NCBI GenBank assembly: GCA_018500105.2
Contig: JAHBAL020000053.1
Location: 1 to 60,362 of the forward strand
Reading direction: 5' to 3'
DNA from: Anaerolineae bacterium
Lineage (GTDB): Bacteria; Chloroflexota; Anaerolineae; J036; Brachytrichaceae
Length of the DNA: 60,362 nucleotides
Position numbers and translations under genes: made by a program. The notes beneath the pieces are model-generated. The model did not search any database, was not told where the DNA came from, and saw only the letters and a program-made list of their open reading frames with translations. Position 1 is the first letter of the stretch; each line of letters starts with the position of its first letter. Below, one piece after another: positions 54,573-60,362 of the stretch.

Positions 54573-56054
54573 CTAACGCCGCTTCTCCAGCGCCGCCTTC
54601 ATCAAGCCTTGAATCATCTGCGGATTGGCTTTGCCTTTGCTGGCCTTCATTGTCTGCCCAACCAAAAATTGCAATAACTTTTCGTTGCCTTTCAAATAAT
54701 TGTCAACTTCCTTCGGATTGGCCGCCAACACATCTTCGACTGCCTTTTCGAGCACGCTGCTGTCGCTTACCTGCGCCAAGCCCTTGGCTTGGACAATGGC
54801 ATTGGCATCGGCTCCGCTGCCGAACATCTCCTCTAGCACCAATTTGGCGGTGCTGCTATTAATCGTCTGCACCTCCACCAGTTTCACCAGCCCCGCTAAC
54901 TGCGCTGGTGTAATCTTGATCTGTTCAATTTGCAACCCGCTGGCATTCATCAAGCGCGTAAGGTCACCAATGACAAAATTGGCGAAACGTTTTGCCAAAG
55001 CATGAACCGCTTTTTCATCATTTAGTGCCTTAATTCCCGTTTCAAACCACTTCGCCACATCTCGATTCGTCGTTAACTGCACCGCATCATAAGCACTTAA
55101 CCCAAATTCGTTTTGGTAACGGGCTTGTTTGGCGATAGGCAATTCTGGCACACTGGCCCGCACCAATGCCAGCCAATCGTCACTCACATCGAGCGGCGGC
55201 AAATCGGGTTCAGGGAAATACCGATAGTCATGCGCGTCTTCTTTCTCACGCTGCATCACCGTCACGCCACGCACATCATCCCAACCCAAGGTCACCTGAC
55301 GAATTTTCTCGCCTTTATCCAGCGCCGCCGATTGCCGCTTGATCTCGTAGGCGATGGCCCCGCGCACGGCGCTAAGCGAATTGAGGTTTTTGATCTCAAC
55401 TTTTGTGCCAAAGGCGTCTGTGCCTTTCGGGCGCAAACTCATATTTGGCTCACAACGCATCGCGCCCTTTTCCATATCGCCCGTGCTAATGCCAAGATAA
55501 CGCACAATGTCTTGCAAGGCGCTCAAATAGGCATATGCCTCATGCGCATTAAAAATATCCGGCTCGGTCACAATCTCTAGCAAAGGCACGCCACTACGGT
55601 TGTAATCAACATACGACGAACGCCCGGCATGGGTCAATTTGCCGGTATCTTCTTCTAAATGGGCGCGACGAATACGCACCCGCTTGCGATAACTTTGTTC
55701 ATTCCAGCCGCCGCTCAAATCGCGCACATCAAATTCGAGGTAGCCGTCATAGCACATCGGGTATTGATATTGGGTGATCTGATATCCCTTTGGCAAATCG
55801 GGATACCAATAGCTTTTGCGTTCCCAAAAGGTATGCTGGTTGATGCTGCAATTGAGCGCCACACCCAGCATCATGCTAAATTCGACCGCCCGCCGATTAA
55901 TCACCGGCAACGCACCCGGCATTCCGGCGCAGGTTGGGCATACATGCACATTTGGCTCGGCCCCAAACCATTGGGCCGAGCAGGTGCAAAACATTTTGCT
56001 GTGTGTGTCCAATTCGACATGCGTTTCCATGCCGATAATAACGTCGTATTCCAT
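54573..56054 (-). CDS. gatB: Asp-tRNA(Asn)/Glu-tRNA(Gln) amidotransferase subunit B
   Basis: MEYDVIIGMETHVEL..TKMFC, and C-terminal YqeY-like tail GKANPQMI. The sequence is full-length and GatB-like. Confidence 0.95.
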   Translation of the reverse strand: MEYDVIIGMETHVELDTHSKMFCTCSAQWFGAEPNVHVCPTCAGMPGALPVINRRAVEFSMMLGVALNCSINQHTFWERKSYWYPDLPKGYQITQYQYPMCYDGYLEFDVRDLSGGWNEQSYRKRVRIRRAHLEEDTGKLTHAGRSSYVDYNRSGVPLLEIVTEPDIFNAHEAYAYLSALQDIVRYLGISTGDMEKGAMRCEPNMSLRPKGTDAFGTKVEIKNLNSLSAVRGAIAYEIKRQSAALDKGEKIRQVTLGWDDVRGVTVMQREKEDAHDYRYFPEPDLPPLDVSDDWLALVRASVPELPIAKQARYQNEFGLSAYDAVQLTTNRDVAKWFETGIKALNDEKAVHALAKRFANFVIGDLTRLMNASGLQIEQIKITPAQLAGLVKLVEVQTINSSTAKLVLEEMFGSGADANAIVQAKGLAQVSDSSVLEKAVEDVLAANPKEVDNYLKGNEKLLQFLVGQTMKASKGKANPQMIQGLMKAALEKRR

Positions 56055-56147
56055 GATAAAAGTTAAAACAAATAACGAACGACGTAATTGTATCTGATGA
56101 GCGAACCCAGATCGCCCACCAATGAAAACTTAGCGTTGTAGATGAAG

Positions 56148-57173
56148 TCATGCTCCGGACAAAATCGCCGTCTCGCGCCCCTGACCTAACCCCGCCCGTA
56201 ACGCCACATCTTGCGGGCGAGTGCGATCCCACCCCAAGGTTGCCGCAACCGTATCATCTAATGCCCGAAAAGTGAGGCCGTGCGCCAGCGCTGCACTGCA
56301 ATCAATGTGCATAAATCCGGCATAAGCGGGATCACTTTCTGGCAACCATAGCGGCAAGTCTGACCAAGGTTGCACCTTGTGCGCCGCCAGCGTCGCCTCA
56401 TCCACCCAATGAATTACTGCATCGTTGGCGCTAGCACGTTGGCAAGCTGCCAACACTTTGCCAAATGACACAGGCTGGGCTGGCCCAGTGACATTAAACA
56501 CGCCTGTCTGCCGCGCCTCGACGAGGCGAATATTCCATTCAGCCAAGTCACGCACATCAATAAACTGCACCACCCGCTCTGGCCGACCGGGTGCAAGCAC
56601 TGGCGAGGTCGCCCCGCCGCCCTGTCCCACCCGCCGCACCCAATAGGTGAAACGGTCGCTGGGGTCGAATGGGCCAACGATGAGGCCGGGCCGTAATACA
56701 AGGGCGCGATCAGGCAAAGCCGTCAACACTTCGCGCTCGCACAGCGCCTTTAGCCCGCCATAAGTGTTGCCGTCAATCACCTCGTTGCTTTCGTCGGCCA
56801 ATGTTTGCGCAGGCGCGTCTTCACGTGTGCCCGGCTGGCTGGTGTCGGCATACACCGAGATGCTCGAAATAAAGGTGTAATGTTGCACCACCTCGGCCAG
56901 CGCCAGCGCCGATTGCCGCACCACCCTCGGCACATAGCCACAGGTGTCAATCGCCGCATCCCATGTGCGACCCGCCAGCGCCGCCAAACCACCATCGCGG
57001 TTGCCATGAATATGCTCGACCTCGGCCCACAGCGCCGCGTTTTGGTCGTGGTTTGGCGTGTTTGCCAAGGTGTTGCCACGATGAAATAGCGTCAGCCGAT
57101 GCCCACGCGCCAAAGCCGCATTCACCAAATGCCGCCCCAAAAACTTTGTTCCGCCAAGGATAAGGATGTGCAT
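56148..57173 (-). CDS. NAD(P)-dependent SDR-family oxidoreductase/epimerase (atypical SDR)
   Basis: MHILILGGTKFLGRHL Rossmann motif. ATG 57173 is preferred over the ORF-track start at 57197. Confidence 0.7.
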   Translation of the reverse strand: MHILILGGTKFLGRHLVNAALARGHRLTLFHRGNTLANTPNHDQNAALWAEVEHIHGNRDGGLAALAGRTWDAAIDTCGYVPRVVRQSALALAEVVQHYTFISSISVYADTSQPGTREDAPAQTLADESNEVIDGNTYGGLKALCEREVLTALPDRALVLRPGLIVGPFDPSDRFTYWVRRVGQGGGATSPVLAPGRPERVVQFIDVRDLAEWNIRLVEARQTGVFNVTGPAQPVSFGKVLAACQRASANDAVIHWVDEATLAAHKVQPWSDLPLWLPESDPAYAGFMHIDCSAALAHGLTFRALDDTVAATLGWDRTRPQDVALRAGLGQGRETAILSGA

Positions 57174-57187
57174 GAGGCGATTATAGT

Positions 57188-57424
57188 TAAGAACCAAGAG
57201 CTAAGAACCAAGAGCCAAGAATCAAGAATTAAAAGAGAAGAAGTTAGTATTTTGGGTCTTGCAAACGACATCACGCAAAATATATTACTAATTCTTAGCT
57301 CTTAGCTCTTGATTCTTGGTTCTTGGTTCTTGATTCTTGGTTCTTGATTCTTGGTTCTTGGTTCTTGATTCTTGATTCTTGGTTCTTGGTTCTTGGTTCT
57401 TGGTTCTTGGTTCTTGGTTCTTGT
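57188..57424. repeat. Asymmetric inverted tandem-heptamer array: 6 units (NAAGAAC-type) facing 19 units (TTCTTGG/TTCTTGA)
   Basis: Left arm: TAAGAAC CAAGAGC TAAGAAC CAAGAGC CAAGAAT CAAGAAT (57188-57229). Right arm: 19 consecutive heptamers at 57292-57424, namely TTCTTAG, CTCTTAG, CTCTTGA, then a mix of TTCTTGG and TTCTTGA ending in six TTCTTGG in a row plus TTCTTGT. Confidence 0.95.
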
Positions 57425-57442
57425 CCTATAATTCCCCATCCA

Positions 57443-59353
57443 ATGAAGAAGATCACCGTCGCCGATCGCTTACGCTATGCCTTCGACAACTACATGGCGA
57501 ACGGGACGATTGCGCTGATCGGGGCGTTGGCGTTATTGTCCGCCGCCATCATCGCCTGCGCCGTCTTTGTCATTCAATGGTTTGAAATTGTGCCGGGCGG
57601 GCAAGACCAAGTGCCCGATGTGTTTGAATCGGCGTGGCTGAGTTTGGTGCGCACCCTCGACGCGGGCGCGGTGAGCAATGATCAAGGCTGGGCCTATCGC
57701 ATCGTCATGCTGGGCGTAACCACCGGCGGCATCTTCATCGTCAGCGCCCTGATCGGTGTGCTGAGCAATGGCCTTGAGCGCACCTTTGACCGCCTGCGCA
57801 AAGGCCGCTCGTTTGTCGTCGAACATAATCACACCTTAATCATCGGCTGGTCGCCCAAAATTTTCCAGATTTTGACTGAGTTGTCGCTGGCCGAAGCCAA
57901 AACCCGCCGCCCGTGCGTGGTGATTTTGGCAAACAAAGACAAACTTGAGATGGAAGAGGAGATTTGGCAGCGCTGCGGGCGGCTGGGCCGGCTGCACCTC
58001 ATTTGCCGCACCGGTAGCCCAATTGACCCACGCGACATCGAAATTGCCAACCCGTATCAGGCCGCTGCCATCATTTTACTGGCCCCAGACAGCAAAAATT
58101 CCGATGCCCATGTCATCAAACAACTTTTGGCGCTGGTCAACAACCCAAATCGCAGCAAAATTACCCGCCCATTACACATCGTGGCCGAATTGCACAGCCG
58201 CCCCAACGCCGAAGTCGCCAAAATGGTCGGCAAAGCCGAATTAGAAGTGGTGCTATCTGCCGACCTCATCACCCGTATCACCGCCCAAACCTGCCGCCAG
58301 CCCGGCCTCAGCACGGTTTATCTTGAATTGATGTCGTTTGAAGGTGTCGAAATCTATTTCCGCGAAGCCCCGACGCTGATAGGCCGCACCTATGGCGAAG
58401 CGCTGTTGTCGTTTGAATACGCCGCAGTGATGGGAATTTGCGATGTTGAGGGGCGCACGGTGCTCAATCCGCCGATGGGGACTTTGATCGCCGCGGGCGA
58501 CCGCATGATTGCCATTGCCGAAAACGAAGATATGGTGCGAACGGGCGGCGTGCCCATCGGCAGCCCCGACCTGATGCGCGACGACAAACCGCGTTTTGCG
58601 CGGCCCGAACGCACGCTATTGCTGGGCTGGAACCCACAAGCAGCCGAGATTATCCGCGAGCTAGACAGCTATGTGGCAAATGGGTCGCAATTGACGGTGG
58701 TGGCAATTCATCCTGCGGCTGAAGCGCAGATCAGCGAACTACGCGAGGTGCTGACGCGCCAGCAAATCATGTTTTTTATGGCCGATATCACCAACCCCAA
58801 GGTGCTAGACGCGATGCGGGTGCATGAGTTTGACCACGTCATTTTGCTCTCGTACCACGATTTGTTCGACGACCAGCAGGCCGATGCGCACACGCTGGTA
58901 ACGCTGTTACATTTACGCCAAATTACCGACCGCATGGTGCGCTCGAAAGGCCGCGAATTGAGTATTGTGAGCGAAATGATGGATTTGCGCAACCGTGAGC
59001 TGGCCGAGGTCACCCGAGCCGATGATTTCATCGTCAGCGACAGTTTGGTTAGCTTGATGTTGGCGCAAGTGTCGAAAAACAAACGGCTGAGCGCCATCTT
59101 CGATGAATTTTTTGATGCCGATGGCTGCGAAATTTACCTCAAGCCAATCGAAGATTATGTGCAGTTGGACGCGCCGATGACGTTTTACACCCTTGTCGAG
59201 GCGGCGCGACGGCGCGGCGACAGCGTCATCGGCTTTCGGAATCACACCCTCATGCGCGATACGGCCTCGCACGGCATTGTGCTCAATCCGGCCAAATTTG
59301 AAAAATTCACTTTTCACACCGGCGACAAGGCCATTGTCTTATCAGGCAATTAA
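57443..59353 (+). CDS. CASTOR/POLLUX-related ion channel with tandem RCK (TrkA-N-like) domains
   Basis: The ORF-track N-terminus (WFLILGSWFL...) is translated heptamer repeat, so ATG 57443 (MKKITVADRLRYAFDNYM) is preferred. It has two TM helices flanking a pore-like segment VRTLDAGAVSND, then HTLIIGWSPK... and RTLLLGWNPQ..., which are RCK-like repeats. Confidence 0.7.
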   Translation: MKKITVADRLRYAFDNYMANGTIALIGALALLSAAIIACAVFVIQWFEIVPGGQDQVPDVFESAWLSLVRTLDAGAVSNDQGWAYRIVMLGVTTGGIFIVSALIGVLSNGLERTFDRLRKGRSFVVEHNHTLIIGWSPKIFQILTELSLAEAKTRRPCVVILANKDKLEMEEEIWQRCGRLGRLHLICRTGSPIDPRDIEIANPYQAAAIILLAPDSKNSDAHVIKQLLALVNNPNRSKITRPLHIVAELHSRPNAEVAKMVGKAELEVVLSADLITRITAQTCRQPGLSTVYLELMSFEGVEIYFREAPTLIGRTYGEALLSFEYAAVMGICDVEGRTVLNPPMGTLIAAGDRMIAIAENEDMVRTGGVPIGSPDLMRDDKPRFARPERTLLLGWNPQAAEIIRELDSYVANGSQLTVVAIHPAAEAQISELREVLTRQQIMFFMADITNPKVLDAMRVHEFDHVILLSYHDLFDDQQADAHTLVTLLHLRQITDRMVRSKGRELSIVSEMMDLRNRELAEVTRADDFIVSDSLVSLMLAQVSKNKRLSAIFDEFFDADGCEIYLKPIEDYVQLDAPMTFYTLVEAARRRGDSVIGFRNHTLMRDTASHGIVLNPAKFEKFTFHTGDKAIVLSGN

Positions 59354-59398
59354 AGCCACTACCGGTATAACCTAAAAACTCGAAAAAGCGAAAATCGT

Positions 59399-59439
59399 GG
59401 AGAAACGGATCATTCAACCAAAAGAAACCCCGTTTCTCC
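59399..59439 (-). terminator. Hairpin followed by a T-rich tract on the minus strand (3' of the PPOX gene)
   Basis: GGAGAAACGG (59399-59408) pairs with CCGTTTCTCC (59430-59439). On the minus strand the hairpin is followed by a T-rich tract. Confidence 0.45.
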
Positions 59440-59476
59440 GCAACTTCCGCTGTTCCGAGTTAAAAAATGCGCCGCG

Positions 59477-59827
59477 TTACCACGACAGCCACTTGTGTGG
59501 GGTGATCTCGATCAGCGCCGTATAACCCGGATCGGTGTGAATATCCCAGTTGTATTTGGCCTTAAACACCTCGGCGATGTCGGCGGGAAATGGGGCCTCG
59601 ATAAACCGCGCCACACCCTCGCCGATGTAAGGTTTGTCGCCATTTTCGAGCGAGAATGCCACATTGGGATTGGCGGCCAAATTGCGGGTTTTGACCGCCT
59701 TGCCTTGGGTGCAAACGTAAATTTTATCGTGCAGCCACACAAACCAAATCGGCGTGAGATGCGGCCTGCCATCGGGGCGCGTGGTCGCCAGCCAAATATT
59801 GCGCTCAGTATTAAGTCGGGGGTCCAT
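59477..59827 (-). CDS. Pyridoxamine 5'-phosphate oxidase family protein (PPOX-class small flavin/deazaflavin-binding split barrel)
   Basis: 116 aa, with LATTRPDGRPHLTPIWFVW and KVRNL-type (KTRNLAANPNV) motifs. Confidence 0.75.
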   Translation of the reverse strand: MDPRLNTERNIWLATTRPDGRPHLTPIWFVWLHDKIYVCTQGKAVKTRNLAANPNVAFSLENGDKPYIGEGVARFIEAPFPADIAEVFKAKYNWDIHTDPGYTALIEITPHKWLSW

Positions 59828-59879
59828 AGGGTTATTTTAGAGCAAGTGTTTTTGGGGTGACAAGATGAACGCCTTGCCG

Positions 59880-60170
59880 CTACATCCTAAACAGCTTGCG
59901 GGCCGCATACACCGCCACCGCCTCGCGCACATAAGCCGAGGTAATCGGCGCGTCATACACGTCGAGCAATTCTTGCGCCACCGCCTCAAGCTCGGCTTGG
60001 GTCGAACGACCCGGGCGCAACAGTTCATACATCTTCAGCAGGCGCTCGTTGGGCACGCGGGTCAATTCGGCAGCGCGGCGCAGGTTTTCGCCCAATTGCG
60101 TAAACCCAGCATCATGCGCAGTCTGCGCTTGCTTGCGCAGTGTTTCAGACGAAATAGAAAAATCACTCAT
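59880..60170 (-). CDS. Diol/glycerol dehydratase small (gamma) subunit family protein, stand-alone
   Basis: MSDFSISSETLRKQAQTAHDAGFTQLGENLRRAAELTRVPNERLLKMYELLRPGRSTQAELEAVAQEL...AYVREAVAVYAARKL aligns by eye with the PduE core (ITPETLRLQA...AGR..LA.NF.RAAELTAVPDDRILEIYNALRPYRST.EELL.IA..L...ICAAFVREAA.LY..RK.L). The ORF-track extension to 60281 is repeat-derived. Confidence 0.75.
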   Translation of the reverse strand: MSDFSISSETLRKQAQTAHDAGFTQLGENLRRAAELTRVPNERLLKMYELLRPGRSTQAELEAVAQELLDVYDAPITSAYVREAVAVYAARKLFRM

Positions 60171-60362
60171 GATATGAAAATTTTTGCAGAGTTGCAGGAG
60201 GCAGGGTTGCAGGTTGCAGGTTGCAGGTTGCGACGTCAAGAGCGATGCTACTCTGCCACTCGCCACTTTGCAACCTGCCACTTGCCCCTCTGCAACCCTG
60301 CCTCCTGCAACTCTGCAAAAATTTTCATATCATGAGTGATTTTTCTATTTCGTCTGAAACAC
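60140..60362. repeat. Large palindrome: perfect >=73-bp inverted repeat (60140-60212 / 60290-60362) including the first 31 nt of the PduE-like CDS
   Basis: The arms are exact reverse complements. The 77-bp centre (60213-60289) is heptamer-type repeat (GGTTGCA x3 / TGCAACC-like). The right arm is truncated by the window end. Confidence 0.95.
60332..60362 (+). CDS. Partial (5' end only) mirrored copy of the PduE-like gene
   Basis: ATGAGTGATTTTTCTATTTCGTCTGAAACAC encodes MSDFSISSET, identical to codons 1-10 of the minus-strand gene. It continues beyond the window. Confidence 0.5.
   Translation, partial: MSDFSISSET

Noticed and set aside
56094-56105. The CTGATGAGCGAA string might be a hammerhead ribozyme core; there is also GACGAAAC at 136-142
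   Set aside because: No flanking stems I/II/III with a correctly placed GAAA box and cleavage-site triplet could be drawn around either site. These are isolated motif matches only.
57292-57424. The tandem repeat arrays (here and at 12886, 13965, 33513 and elsewhere) might be CRISPR arrays
   Set aside because: The period is 7 nt with no unique spacers between units. The units are head-to-tail and form inverted arms. No cas genes are in the window.

Overview
This 60.4 kb window looks like a bacterial chromosomal segment. I recognised no rRNA, tRNA, CRISPR array, transposase or integrase. The taxon cannot be fixed without a database search. Gene content and repeat style suggest a filamentous Chloroflexi-like organism, but that is a guess.

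Layout:
(1) 1-22 kb holds housekeeping and catabolic genes. These are a type-3B transaldolase/F6P-aldolase, a fucose/arabinose-isomerase-like protein, fhs, ahcY, and a HEAT+MM3350 protein in an AT-rich islet. They continue with a SAM methyltransferase, an HD protein, an ABC exporter and an ornithine cyclodeaminase-family protein. Next comes a GntR-eda-kdgK-SDR-enolase-superfamily sugar-acid cluster interrupted by a DUF559 cassette. The region ends with a divergent FtsH paralogue, rsmG, a GT4, a prephenate-dehydrogenase-like gene and an FmdB zinc-ribbon protein.
(2) 23.0-54.6 kb is a ~31 kb surface-glycan locus in two convergent arms.
- The plus-strand arm (23.0-36.2 kb) carries GT2s, WbqC, a CgeB-like protein, a TIGR04325-type methyltransferase, a GT8-like protein, MBOAT, YfhO, a DltD-like protein and a GT2-methyltransferase fusion.
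- The minus-strand arm (36.2-54.6 kb) includes a strongly AT-rich island at about 37.9-53.3 kb. It encodes WbpA/WbpB/WbpE-like enzymes, a Wzx flippase, three paralogous GT-B transferases, methyltransferases, an LbetaH acetyltransferase, an AsnB-type amidotransferase, a second DegT aminotransferase and an epimerase.
(3) 54.6-60.4 kb holds gatB, an SDR, a CASTOR/POLLUX-like RCK channel, a PPOX-family protein and a stand-alone diol-dehydratase small-subunit (PduE-like) gene.

The most distinctive signal is non-coding. At least 11 intergenic loci consist of tandem ~7-nt units arranged as inverted (hairpin-forming) arrays. The unit sequence differs between loci and the two arms carry unequal unit numbers.
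- One array has 19 units and fills the divergent promoter of the channel gene.
- Another array sits inside a perfect >=73 bp inverted duplication that includes the start codon of the PduE-like gene and runs to the window end.
- These arrays also create spurious N-terminal extensions in several ORF-track calls.

All functional calls come from reading motifs in the supplied translations. No searches were run.
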